Assembly (NCBI RefSeq): GCF_006345805.1
Contig: NC_043007.1
Coordinates: 72,416,001 to 72,480,000, forward strand
Source of the DNA: Octopus sinensis
Lineage: Eukaryota
Reading direction: 5' to 3'
DNA length: 64,000 nucleotides
Position 1 is the stretch's first letter; every line of letters starts with the position of its first letter. The position numbers and the translations under genes were made by a program. Below are positions 12,451-26,229 of the stretch, in pieces. The notes under the pieces are model-generated. The model did not search any database. It saw only the letters and a list, made by a program, of their open reading frames with translations, and had not been told where the DNA came from.

Positions 12451-12615
12451 TACGACAGGCTTCTTTCAGTTTCCGTCTACCAAATCCACCCACAAGGCTT
12501 TGGAGGCCCGAGGCTATAGTAGAAGACACTTGCCCAAGGTACCACGCAGTGGGACTGAACTCGGAACCATGTGGTTGGTAGACAAGCTACTTACCACACA
12601 GCCACTCCTGCGCCT
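12165..12615 (-). mobile_element. tRNA-derived SINE family B with internal microsatellite
   Basis: Head ggcgcaggagtggctgtgtggtaag...ggttccgagttcagtcccactgcgtgg, internal (TA)n/(CA)n, tail ggccgcagtcaaatgactgaaacaagtaaaagagtaa. Confidence 0.9.
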
Positions 12616-12829
12616 GCCAACCGAAAAATAATAAATAATAAATAAATAACCTAAGAAAAAAAAACAGGAATATTGACAAAAGTTTCCTGTAATACTCAGT
12701 TTATATTTCGTCAGGGACAGCGATGACGATATAGACCTCTCGTTAGTTGTCACTTTCGCAGCATAACATTGAAAAGTGGTCAGTTCCAGCGTAACTATTC
12801 CCGTTGTGCAGTCAGGTAGGGTCACCATG

Positions 12830-13243
12830 GCGGCGAGCTGGCAGAATCGGTAGCACGCTGGGCGAAATGCTGAGCGGTATTTCGTCTGCCGCTACGTTCT
12901 GAGTTCAAATTCCGCCGAAGTCGACTTTGCCTTTCATCCTTTCAGGGTCGATTAAATAAGTACCAGTTACGCACTGGGGTCGATATAATCGACTTAATCC
13001 GTCTATCTGTCCTTGTTTGTCTCCTCTGTGTTTAGCCCCTTGTGGGTAGTAAAGAAATAGGTATTTCGTCTGCCGTTACGTTCTGAGTTCAAATTCCACC
13101 GAGGTCGACTTTGCCTATCATCCTTTCGGGGTCGATCAAATAAGTACCAGTTACACACTGGGGTCGATATAATCGACTTAATCCGTCTATCTGTCCTTGT
13201 TTGTCTCCTCTGTGTTTAGCCCCTTGTGGGTAGTACAGAAATC
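12830..13243 (+). mobile_element. SINE family A dimer (head-body-body)
   Basis: Junction aaagaaatag|gtatttcgtctg at 13060/13061. Whole unit flanked by 15-bp TSD ggtagggtcaccatg. Confidence 0.92.
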
Positions 13244-13710
13244 GGTAGGGTCACCATGTACAGACAAATCGAAAAAAAAAACAACAACAAAAATAGTACC
13301 ATTACTGTGCCCTGTAAAAAATACTGAATTTCAAAACTCAGCAGTAAACTCCAAAGAACAAAAGTGACAACAAGAATAAATCACGAAAGTTGTCGGTCCT
13401 GAGGTAACTTTAGGAACAAATCTGGAGTTGTCAAAATATACCTCCGCTCTTTGCCAGTTGTGAACCATGATACCCAAGCATACTCTGTCCCATTCTCAAC
13501 AACAATAGCGATAGCTGAACGACCAGAAAGCACCCCCTCCAGCACTGTCCCATTCACTTGTGAGAATTGGGGACTAAACGGAGACCGAAATGGATAAGCA
13601 GACTTCTTCGAAAAAAAAAATAATAGAAAATTACCCTAAGCAAACAATAAAAGATTACTAATTTTAAAAAAAAGTTTGAGAATGTATACATAAAAAGTTT
13701 GAGAATGTAT

Positions 13711-14110
13711 AGGCGCAGGAGTGGCTTTGTGGTAAGTAACCAACCACATGGTTCTGGGTTCAGTCCCACTGCGTGGCACCTTGGGCAAGTGTCTTCTGGT
13801 ATAGCCCCGGGCTGACCAATGTCTTGTGAGTGGATTTGGTAGACGGAAACTGAAAGAAGCCTGTCGTATATATGTATATATATGTGTGTGTGTGTGTGTT
13901 TGTGTGTCTGTGTTTGTTCCCCTAGCATTGCTTGACAACCGATGCTGGTGTGTTTACGTCCCCGTCACTTAGCGGTTCGGCAAAAGAGACCGATAGAATA
14001 AGTACTGGGCTTACAAGAGAATAAGTCCCGGGATCGAGTTGCTCGATTAAAGGCGGTGCTCCAGCATGGCCGCAGTCAAATGACTGAAACAAGTAAAAGA
14101 GTAAAAGAGA
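13711..14110 (+). mobile_element. SINE family B, full length
   Basis: ggcgcaggagtggctttgtggtaag ... gactgaaacaagtaaaagagtaaaagag. Confidence 0.9.
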
Positions 14111-14576
14111 GTATCTCCCCTGAACAGAGCCCACTCTCTGCTGAAGAAGAATTTATCTCATATATGAAGTGAAGCCCATCTTCTTCGAGGGATATTCAAC
14201 GTTCTTTATGAAGGAAATGAAATTCATAGCCATTTGCAAGACAAAGGTCTAAGAACACACGAGATACACAAATAATTACCAGAGGATTTACAGATCTGAA
14301 ATGAAATTGGATTATATTTTAAAAGAGTAAAAAAGCAGAACAAAATTTTGCACAAATTTTTGACAAATACGAAGTATTTGTTATATGATGACGATGTGAA
14401 GGACTTGGGTCCCCACTTGCAGACTGTAGTCCAAGAGCTCATCGCAGAAGATACTGCGACCTACAGCTATGAACACTAGAGGAAGGGAGTAAAAAGATAG
14501 CTCAATCAAGAACGTGAGGTGCTCTGACCAGTGCCAATTAATTGTTAAATGATATATGTATGTATGCATGTATGTA

Positions 14577-14653
<77 letters not shown>

Positions 14654-14662
14654 TATATATAG

Positions 14663-14689
<27 letters not shown>

Positions 14690-14693
<4 letters not shown>

Positions 14694-15100
14694 AGTGGCT
14701 GTATGGTAAGCAGCTTGCTTACCAACCACATAGTTCCGGGTTCAGTCCCACTGCGTGGCACCTTGGGCAAGTGTCTTCTGCTATAGCCCCGGGCCGACCA
14801 AAGCCATGTGAGTGGATTTGGTAGACGGAAACTGAAAGAAGCCCGTCGTATGTATGTATATATATATGTGTGTGTGTATATTTGTGTGTATATTTGTGTG
14901 TCTGTGTTTGTCCCCCTAGCATTGTTTGACAACCGATGCTGGTGTGTTTACGTCCCCGTTACGTAGCGGTTCGGCAAAAAGAGACCGATAGAATAAGTAC
15001 TAGGCTTACCAAAAGAATAAGTCCCGGGGTCGAGTTGCTCGACTAAAAAAGGCGGTGCTCCAGCATGGCCACAGTCAAAATGACTGAAACAAGGAAAAAG
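14690..15100 (+). mobile_element. SINE family B, full length
   Basis: aggagtggctgtatggtaag ... gactgaaacaagg. Confidence 0.9.
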
Positions 15101-16929
15101 AAAAAAAAAGAAAAAAGAATATATGTATGTATGTATATATGTATGTATGTGTATATAATGTGTATATATATGTATATATATACATACACACGCACACACA
15201 CACACACACATATATATATGTGTGTGTGTACATATATATACATACATTTATTATTTTGTGTGTATATATATATATATATATTATATATATATATATTATA
15301 TATATATATATATATATAAATATACATATATTTATATATATATACATATATGTGTTTATACACTCACACACATATATATGTATGTATAAAGACAAAAATA
15401 ACATGGGTAAGGAAATATTTTCTATGAAAAGTTGCGCATGCAATTATGTTATATAATCAAGTCGATGACTGATTGATATAACAATATATATTATGCTAGG
15501 AGGTGCAATACTGAAGCAATAATGTAGGTATACACAAAAGTAACTTAAAGAATCATCTAGTACGGATTTGGTAACTCCGTGCAAGAGAGCCACGTATTAT
15601 TATGAGAAGATGAATGGCGTGTGTCACTTGCCTTTTATTTTCTCAAGTGTTCGACATCTATGCTAGTTGATACTTTGCTTTTATGTATAACTACAATATT
15701 GTCTCAGTATTGTACTTGCATGATATGCATTGTTATATAAACTAGTCAACTACAATTCGAAACAGCTGGAAAGATGTGAATTGATTACATCATGTAAATT
15801 GTATATACAATTTCTTGAATAAATATATTACTCATGTCATCTATCATTTGTCTATCTTTCTACTTCCATACTCACCCGATTTCAATCATTCATTTAGACA
15901 CCTTTCGTATCTCTGGACTACACAATCTGATGAAGTTAGAGTTTAAAATTCTGATCCCTCTCAGCACTATTTGATGGACTATTGATGCCAGTCTCAAAAT
16001 TGCATTTTATCAGTCATTGTTTGTATGTGTGTGTGTGAATGTGTGTATATACATATGAATGTGTGTGTGTGTACTGTTTTAATTATTGCATTATCATACT
16101 TTATTCTTTTTTTATCCCAATTAAATATTTATGCGTTACTTTTTATCCCAATTAAATATTCATCCCAATTAAATAGCTATTTTCTCTTATAAATTTTAGC
16201 TCGTTTAATATATTGCATAATGTCTTTAATCTCACCTCTTCTCTTTGCATAACTCGTGTGTCCCACCCCATATATGGCTTTGCAAGCACTAACACCGCAC
16301 TCGAGAAAAACAATAACAATAACAACACGTACAACATCACCCATACCAGTCAACTAAACCGCCAGCTCAGAAATGCGTGACTGTGCAGACATACCTCTCC
16401 CACCCTGCTACAGTTTTTCCGACTGTAAAAATTCGTCTAGCGACGAAAACAGTCTTGGATCCTGGTGAAAGGAAGTAGGAAAAAATTACAAAATGAAAAG
16501 CACGGTCCAAGACTAAAAACAAACCAACATACACCCACACCAACGCAATTACAAACATCTCCAACACTACAAACACATCAACAAACGAAAACACATAGAA
16601 ATGCAGACCAACAACATGAAGAGCTCTCCCAAGGCATCACTAATTACATGGCCATAAGCACAAACAAGAAGAAGGTAACAAAACATATTAAAAAATACGT
16701 AATAGACATTATTCTAAATGAATACGTCGCACCCCTATTCACATAAAAATCATAAAAACAACGCAACAAACAACAAATTGGAAGTAAAATATCCCAAATG
16801 AATTGGAGATTTCCGTGGGACCATAACGAAAAGGCTCTATAAAGAAATGCTTGTGGAGACACCTAAAAATACCTAGAGATAGTGTAAGTGATTCTCTTAA
16901 TTCTCCTTCTCTCTAACAAGCACAGCCTT

Positions 16930-19900
16930 GTTCAGAATAGGCAGTAAAATGCACGTGAACTGAAGTCGCCTTAGAAACAAAGCCATCTACTCAATGACCC
17001 CAGGTCACTAAGTTTAGATGTAGTGGCTATCAGTGAAATCAGACACTCCGACCGACTCGCTTTCGTGCCCGTTACGGTGGATACAAAATTTCGATACCTG
17101 ACTGTCGACCGGGAATGGGGGTAGGGGTGTTCTGAATCTGATGAAGTTAGAGTTTAAAATTCTGATCCCTCTCAGCACTATTTTATACCAGCCTCAAAAT
17201 TCCTGAGCCAGAAGGTAAGTTGGTGATCCCGGATGTGAACAATAGCGACGGGGATGCTTTCAAACTGGTTGTTGTTTATGCTCCGACAGGGGTAGGACTA
17301 CCAGATTTCCCGGGAACGTCTCGATCTTTAGTGCTAATGGGTGACTGGAACACTATCTTGGACACACGATTGGATTGTGTGGAGTTAGCTGTTAGAAGGA
17401 GATGCAAAAGCCTTTCAAACCTGCTCAAACGTTTTCAACTGTCTGATAGGTACCAGCTGAATTTCCCGAATATGCCATTGTGGATGTGGACGAACCGCAT
17501 CGAGTCATCTAGGTCGTATCTAGATAGAATATTCTGTAGACTGCTTGATAACGATACTATAAGTTGTCCATTTTTAAAATCGTCGGCAACGTAGACCACA
17601 AATTTGTGATCTGCACGGTCGACTTAGAGTTCATAGGCAGGGATCTGGTTACTGGAAACTGAACGTGTCATTCGCAGGACGCCAAGCTTATAGAATTAGT
17701 GAGTTAGATAAGTGGGCGTTAATGGGGTCAATCATCAACAAAGAATGGTGGATTGCTCTGAAAAGGGCTATTAGAGTAGAATCGATTAGGTTTAGTAAGG
17801 CTTTATCGATATAAAGGAAAAGAATAGTGGTACACTTAGAAACATAAAACAGGCGTTTAGGAAAGGCATCACAATGGACATGCTGGCTGCGAGATTGGCC
17901 CTGGACGAATTATTCAACGCTAAGAACAAAGGATTCATTGTCAGAGTTAAGGAGCGTTAAGTTAAGAAACGAGTGATCGAAAGCCGCTCGCAGACCCGAG
18001 TGATAGAAGCACCACGTGGAAACAAAGTCACAATTCAGACATTGGGAACCAAAATGGGCACATGGTACTCGAGCCCGAGCAGGTGTGTGAGGCATTTCAG
18101 CAGTAGTTCGCCCAACTGTTTGAGATGAATGGTAGTCCGAAACGCAGGATGAACTTCTGTGCCTACCTCGACGGCATCGACAAAGGGAGGGGAGAGAGTT
18201 GCAAAATGCTGATAACAGTCTTGGAAATATAGGATGTAATGATGAATTGCACGACGATGGTGGTGGTGCAAATCGCCTGGTTTGGCTCGTCATAAGTTTG
18301 TCGGCCTCTTAACACATATCTACCGTAACTGGCAGTAGAACGGGAGAATTCCTACTTCTATGTGTTGAGAAGCGGTGGCACAGCTGAGAATGGACTCAAA
18401 CAAGGGGTATGAAATAGAAAATTTGAGGCCTATAACGCTGCTGAACGCAAATTTCAAAATTTTGGTCAAAGTGTTAGCAAAGAGGTTGGTGCTTGTCGTC
18501 GAGGAACTGATTGGTGATGCACAAATATGCCTTATCCCAAGCAGATCCATCTACGACAATCATTGACAGGGTGGATAAAATCAATCATTAACATGGGTGG
18601 AGCCCTAATCAACTTGGATCAATCTAAAGTTTTTGATAGGGTCGATCAGCAATACTTGGCGGCCGTTCCTACTGTTGCCGGTTTCGGTCCGGTTTTCCGT
18701 AATTGGATCGCCGCAATGTACAGTGACATTTGCTAGGTAGTTCAAGTAAATGGTTACCTATCGAAACTATTCAGAATCATGCGCTCGGTCCGTCAGTGGT
18801 GTCCGCTCTTGTCTGTTTTGTATGTACTGGCTCTAGAGTCACTACTGCGGAAATTGGAGGCGTTGAGAGGCATTCTTCGCAACTAGGACGTGGGGGAACT
18901 GTGTCGGTATACGCAGATGACATCACCGTCATAGTGTCAAACAGCAGGTACATAGACCTGATCGGCACTGCTCTATTACAATACGAGGCGGTGTCAAACT
19001 GGAGTGCACACTCTTCCGCTTTCTGTGGAAGAGATGCGTTCCGCTGGTCAGGCGCTCCATTTTCTGTCAACATCCACTGAATGGAGGTTGGGAATGCCGT
19101 GGCTGCTGATGCGCAGACATGCGTGACGCTACATCTTCAGCTCTTCCTTGGCGGAGAGCAAGGGTGGTCGCTGTTTGCCAGACATTTTCCATAGATCATC
19201 TCTTTGACTTAGCTGCAGTCTTGGATAAAACGTAGACCGATGCTGGGCACTTGGCACCTAGCGTTAAGTGCTCAGGTTCCTCTGTCAGTGGGGCAATGCG
19301 GTCGGTGAAAGTTATACTCTGGTGTTCTATACAAGTGTGAAGAAGTTCTCGGGGAGACTCTGGGCGTCGACGAGAATCAATTGGCCGGTCTGTTCTGGAG
19401 TATTTTCGGGCCGGGACCTATGGATAATTTCCAGAAATCCTTGGTCTGGCAGTGCTACCGAGGTACATTGCCAGTTCAGGATAAACTCTACAGGCATTGG
19501 AGTGCCGTCAGCCAGGCTTGCCTGAGGTGCACGCAGAGCAACAAAACTGTTCTGCATGCTCTCGTCCAATGCCCGAGCATTGCTAACTTGTGCGTTTATG
19601 TCGAACACCTGCTGAACCTGTAGGACGTATCCGGTTACCGGCTGAGTCCATTGCGAAGATCGTCCCGCTGTCTTCCTTTGGCCTGAAGAGCAGACAGTGT
19701 TTCTTTGCCTGGTAGCCTTAGCAAAAGAGGTTTGGTGGTAGACCAGATTGAAAGGGCTGAAGACAGATACTTTCCTCTTTGGTCAAGCTCCTCTCAACTT
19801 TATCAAGTTCCACTTGGAAAGGAAAGTGAAGACAGAGAGGGAAGTGCTACCTCGCAATTTTGTTAAAAGGTGAGTGAATGTTGCTAAAATGGTCCGAGTG

Positions 19901-19930
19901 AACGGGCCTACTATAAGCATGCACCTGTAA
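16930..19930 (+). pseudogene. LINE ORF2 (APE endonuclease + reverse transcriptase), many stops and frameshifts
   Basis: ORF fragments 17220-17594, 18375-18566, 18527-18736, 18730-19080, 19381-19623. Confidence 0.85.
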
Positions 19931-20079
19931 GTTGAAGAAGGACAATATGAAGAGGGCACTTGCTTTAGTGGTCAGGGCGACCGTGATTTTGTGGGGTCTC
20001 CACGAGCAATCCTAGGAAGTTTCCTTTTGGTGGAGAATTATTCATTATTATAATTTTATTTTGTTACTATTTTTTAAGT

Positions 20080-20358
20080 TAAGTTAATTTTTTGGCTCAA
20101 AAAGCAAAAAGCAAGGCCATGTAGGGGGACATGGAGTTATGTACAGGGGTGTTCATACAAAGAGTTCAGGCCATTTCTGGTCAAGAGAGACTTTGAACCG
20201 AGCGGTCGTCAGCATCTTCACTATCTCGTCCGGCAGCTTATTCCACGGATCCGAAACCCGGACGGAGAAAGCCCCTCTCCTTCGATTGAGATGAAATCGT
20301 CGCAGATAGAGCTTTTCGGAGTGACCCCACAGCCTTACACGCCTTTTATGTAACCCTA
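20080..20358 (-). mobile_element. CR1/L2-group LINE 3' fragment
   Basis: ORF 20153-20374: LWGHSEKLYLRRFHLNRRRGAFSVRVSDPWNKLPDEIV...FKVSLDQKW, typical of the CR1-group ORF2 C-terminus. Tail with ttaac repeats. Confidence 0.75.
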
Positions 20359-20529
20359 CATTGGACGAAAGCATGCAGAACAGTTTTGTTGTTCTGCGTG
20401 CACCTTAGGCAAGTCTGGCTGACGGTACTCCCATGCCTGTAGAGTTTATCCTGAACTGGCAATGAACCTCTGTAGCACTGCCAGACCAAGGATTTCTGGT
20501 TAATAAAGAAAACTGGTTAATAAAGAAAG

Positions 20530-20534
<5 letters not shown>

Positions 20535-20595
<61 letters not shown>
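20535..20595. repeat. (ATT)n microsatellite
   Basis: Direct reading. Confidence 0.95.
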
Positions 20596-20596
<1 letters not shown>

Positions 20597-21238
20597 GGAA
20601 AAGACGGCGTTGATATCTTTTCCAAAGATATTAACTGTGTAAGTGAAAGCGACTCTAACAGGAAATCGAAACCGCGCTTCGGAATAACATGTCGGGTGTC
20701 GTCTATCTTTTGCTTTGCAGTGGTCGCTGCGGGTGATGGGAAAATATTTCCTTTTCGTTAACAGCCGAAACTAAGCAGCAAAGAATATTCTATGTGTAAA
20801 TACATAATAGACGCAAGCTATTTCTCGCCTAAACATCGCTTCAAAAGCATCCATTTTCTATTTCGGATCATCATCAACATTAATAAGTAAGGCATTTTTT
20901 TTTTGTGTTCGCAATTTTCTTAAATAACGGTATTGATACGGGTGGCGGCGGTGGCAATGGCATAGGTGGTGGTGATGTTGGTGTTGGTGGTTGTAACGAT
21001 TAGTAATTGGCCGGGTGGTAAAGTTCACTTGTGTGTGTGGTGTGTGTGTGTGTGTGTGTGTGCATGTGTGTCTGTATAGATATAGATATGTATGTACGTA
21101 TGTATGTATGTAAGTATGCATGCATGCATGTATGTATGTATGTATGTATGTATGTATGTATGCATGCATGCATGTATGTATGTATGCATGTATGTATGTA
21201 TGTATGCATGCATACATGTATGTATGTATGTATGTATG

Positions 21239-21272
<34 letters not shown>

Positions 21273-21608
21273 TGTATGTAAATATGTATGTATCGTTTCA
21301 GTGACAGCTCTCATCTCTACAATTATCGATACCATCTTTACCATCACCACTACCATCACTACCACCACCATCACTTCTGACACCACTCCATAGTCACCAC
21401 CACCTCCACCACCGCCAACACCACCATCACCACCACCATCACCACCATCACCATTTACCAATGCTTTTTACTCACCGTCTGGCTTCTTGATCAAATTCTT
21501 GTTTTCAGTTTGCCACGACGAATAAATACATTACTTTTATTGTGTATGCTTCTGTTTGTGTGAATAATAATGTGTGTGAGTGTGTGAGTGTGTGCGTGCG
21601 TGTGCATG

Positions 21609-21642
<34 letters not shown>

Positions 21643-22872
21643 TGTATGTATGCATGCATATACGCGTGCATCTGTGCGTGAGTGTATATAAGCGTGCGTC
21701 TGCGAGGGAGTGTTTGAACTGTTCCTTTCATCAAAGAACATGTTCCTCACCTTTCCCAACCATCCCACGCTATCGTCGGAGGAAACAAGGAACGGGGGTG
21801 CGTGGGAAGGGCAGGGCAGGGCAATGGCGAACTGCTAGGAAATCTTCATGCAAACTCATGCTACATTAGTTTGTGTTCATCAACAGCCAATCGATATTTT
21901 TGCACCTCTATTTTTTTTTTTACGAAATATTATTGATGTTGATGCTGCTGCTGCTGCTGATGATGATGATGACGATGATGATGCTGATGATGATAACGAT
22001 GGTGGTGTTGGGTGTGATGGGGGAGAAAAGGGAGGGGGGCCCTCCCATAGTTTCGTTTCTGTCAGTGATGATTTTTACCTTTGATTTTTTTCCGACACTG
22101 CTGCTCTCTTCCTGTTTCTTTCAACAAACACCTCAAATAGGAAAATGAGCCGAAAAGCATTCTTCAGAGTTCAAGATTTTCTTCCTTCCTTTAACAAGAC
22201 TCTTCTTTTTTTCCCTTTTTCTTCCTATCGATTTTTGTCATCAAAGGGAATCTTCAAAGAACACCGAATCTGCTTGTTTGTTGAGATCTCATAAAAAGGT
22301 AGTTTCTAAAAATAAAACATACTTTTATCTAAGACTTATATTTTATTTCAGTTGTTTTTCTTTTTTTCTTTTTTCTTTCTTTCTGTCTTTTGACACAGCA
22401 TATATTTATTTACTTCAAGTCCGATGAACGATAAACCAAGGCATATGTTTTTTAACGATTTAATATAATTTTAGCATCTAACACGTTTTCATCTTTCTTG
22501 TTTGTTGTTATCAATGTTGTCGTCATATTATGAGTTGTTGTTTTTGTTACTGTTAGCGGTGACGTTGTTTTTCAACTTGTTATTGTTGTTCCTGGTGTTG
22601 TTAAGTTTATTATTGTTGCTGTTGTTTACATCGTCAATAACATTTTTTTAAAGTTTAAGACTCCCTAATGATAAATAAACTATATTGAGACAGTGGTACA
22701 TCATCAACAAGGATTTCTATATTTGTTTCTTTCTCGAAAACGTTTTTTTTTTTAATGAAGCAATTAAATTTCCACGTCAGTATTGAGAAAGGGTTCTCAA
22801 AAAATTAGGGAAGTTCTGATAAAGTTTTCTCCTGGGAGCAGACGACTGTATCACAGGCGAAGAATTTTTGAT

Positions 22873-23065
22873 GCGAAAATACCAAAAGTTTATTTGGAAG
22901 GATCGTTGATAAGAATACATAGAAAGTTTATTTTGAAGAATTATAATACAAAAATATTTAAGAAAAACTTACTTCTAAGAATTCTTGATAAGAAAATATA
23001 GAAAAATTATTTCGTTGAATTGTTGATATGAAAATATAGAAAGTTTTATTCCGAAAATTATTTCT
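22873..23065. repeat. Degenerate minisatellite, period about 37 bp
   Basis: Recurring gaaaatatagaaagtttatt...ttgataa units. Confidence 0.5.
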
Positions 23066-23139
23066 CAGCGTCAATTTCGACAATATTTCAAAATAACTTT
23101 GAGATATTATTTATGATATTGATTTCAAATTTTTACACA

Positions 23140-23342
23140 AGGCCAGTAATTTCGGGGAAAGAGCTCAATCGATTACATCAATCCCAGTGCTCAGCTGGTA
23201 TTTATATGATCAACACCGAAAAAAAAAAAAAATGAAAGGCAAAGTCGACCTAGGTGGAATTTGAACTCGGAACGTGAAGACGGACAAAATGCTGCTAAAC
23301 ATTTTACCCGACGTGCTGCCGATTCTCCCAGCTCGCCGCCCT
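23140..23342 (-). mobile_element. SINE A2 subfamily (A head/body, different tail)
   Basis: Shares gaaaggcaaagtcgacc...gaatttgaactc with family A. Tail (minus) ...aaattactggccttgtgt. Confidence 0.8.
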
Positions 23343-23664
23343 AATATGATTTATTATATTACAAATTGATTTTGCTGTCCCTTTCACTTACTTGCTAATA
23401 GAACAGGAACTATCTACCTTCAGACCTCTTCAAAAAACTGATAAAGTTCATTGAAGTCATTATTTTAGAGACAATAAAAAACAACCGGTTACAACTTTCG
23501 TGTTTTCCGGCGACCATTGATACGAGTTCAATTTCCACACTATCCTTTACACATATATAGTGTTGAAACGAAATATTTTTGTGGAGAATGTGCAAATGAA
23601 CATAATCTTTCGAAGGTGATAATTCTGTAATAAATAAAACAGAATCATTCGGATGACCATCTTT

Positions 23665-24410
<746 letters not shown>

Positions 24411-25016
24411 ACATTAAAAAAAAAAACATTTACCTCAAATGCATCTTCGCATGAATATATTCTTGCTTATTCTCAGGTCAAGCTTCATCGAACCGGCCTC
24501 TGACCAAAGACTTTCCAGTTGTCGCCATCTCTTCTTTTGCCGATGTAGTGTATCAAGGAGTATATTTTACCTGTGTACTTTATAGAGAGATTTGAAAAGG
24601 CTTTGGGTGACATTTCCAGCAAGTCAACTGACCGTATAGAAACTCCTTCGTTGAGTGGAATGAAATGAATTGATTCATGGGGAAAACGCACGGCAGTACC
24701 CCAACATGGCCACAACCAGCTGTTTGTAACAGATAAAAGAGTAATGGAGTCAGCTCAGAATTACAATAATCTTATTATTCGTTAATATATCAAATTAGAA
24801 GTTTTACTAGGAAAGTAATTACCTGAGGACCTTTATTGGTTAAGAGTGGTGCTGTCGAATGAGATAATCTCAGACTATTACTAGTACTTTGTAGAGTCTT
24901 CCTAAACAAGGAAAATGAACATGTGATTTAAACTTTAAACGTAGAGGGCAAATTTTAACTTTAAACGTAGATGGGCAAATTTTAATGACTCAAAGGCCTT
25001 TAATCCAACAAAGTAT

Positions 25017-25248
25017 CTATTTCTTTACTACCCACAAGGGGCTAAACAGAGAGAGGACAAACAAGAACAGACACACGGATTAAGTCGATTACATCGACCC
25101 CAGCGCGTAACTGGTACTTAATTTATCGATCCCGAAAGGATGAAAGGCAAAGTCGACCTCGGCGGAATTTGAACTCGGAACGTAACGGCAGACGAAATAC
25201 GCCTACGCATTACGCCCGGCGTACTAACGATTCTGCCAGCTCGCCGCC
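25017..25248 (-). mobile_element. SINE family A, full length
   Basis: Full head and tail. Confidence 0.9.
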
Positions 25249-25742
25249 GTTCGGTGTTCTCACTAATATGAAATAGTGATTTCAAAAACATCTACACAGA
25301 GGAAAAGTGTTTATATTTGCCTCCTGTACTTGGCTGGTGCATAAGTTTATCGATATCGGAAAAAATGGTAAGTAAAGTAGACATCGGAAGGTGAAGCAGA
25401 ACTAAGTGTTTTGGAAGAATGTAAGAGTACTACATTATTTAAGAGGATAGTGAGTGAGTTGAGACGGGGATTTGGTTTGTAGCAGGTCGAGCGATTGCGT
25501 AGAAGCTTCAGCGTGATACTTCAGTACGTTAAAGTGTGTGTGCATGTGTGCGTGTGTGTGTGTGTGTTGTGTGTGTGTGTGTGGTGTGTGTGTGTGTGTG
25601 TGTGTGTACAGAGAGGGAGAAAAAGAAGGTTAAGGTAGATAGATAGATAGATAAATTGAGAGGATAATTATAATCTTCGTTGTCACCTCATTAGCACATA
25701 ATGCCGGATCGATTTATGAAAACAATTGTAATGTCAATTATT

Positions 25743-25779
<37 letters not shown>

Positions 25780-25888
25780 TACATACATACATACATACAT
25801 ACATACATACATACATACATACATACATGTGTGTATATAGATAAATAAAGAAATGGAGTTAAACGCAGGTGTTATTCAATTCTTTATA

Positions 25889-25976
25889 CTTCCGACATAC
25901 GTTTCGAAGAAAACATTGGTATTATTTCAGAGGGAATAAAATGATGTAAAACAATGCGATCTTCTCATCAGGGAAA
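25889..25976 (-). ncRNA. Minimal type I hammerhead ribozyme motif
   Basis: Minus strand: tttcc-CTGATGA-GAAGA[long loop]TCTTC-GAAA-CGTATGTC-ggaag. Stem I 5 bp, stem II 5 bp plus a further 6-bp helix, short quasi-palindromic stem III. GUC cleavage site predicted between 25894 and 25893. Confidence 0.75.
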
Positions 25977-26229
25977 AAAAGGAACAAAACACATCAATAA
26001 GCTATTTTAACGGAATGTGATGACTGCGTATATATGATGAAGGGAACGCTTGCAAGTTATTTTTCTAAAGAAAAAAAAAACGTTAATAGATCTAACGTGA
26101 AATGCAATTTAGAGAAAGAGAAAGAGGAGAAAGAAAGAAAATAGTAGAAAAACAAGTAAGAATTAGAAACTCTGTCGTGTAGTGAATAACCGCAGATTGT
26201 TCTCAGACAGTTTTTGTGGAAGATGTCTA

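Larger units (their letters stand above)
16340..20530 (+). mobile_element. Degraded L1/Tx1-type LINE (end of ORF1, ORF2 EN-RT-zinc finger, 3' tail)
   Basis: EN motifs LVVVYAPT and LMGDWN (17220-17594). RT motifs LRPITLLNANFKI, LDQSKVFDRVD, YADDITV. C-terminal WQCYRGTLPVQDKL...CLRC...VLHALVQCP. Doubled tail ggttaataaagaaa at about 20498-20529 before (ATT)n. Confidence 0.85.
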
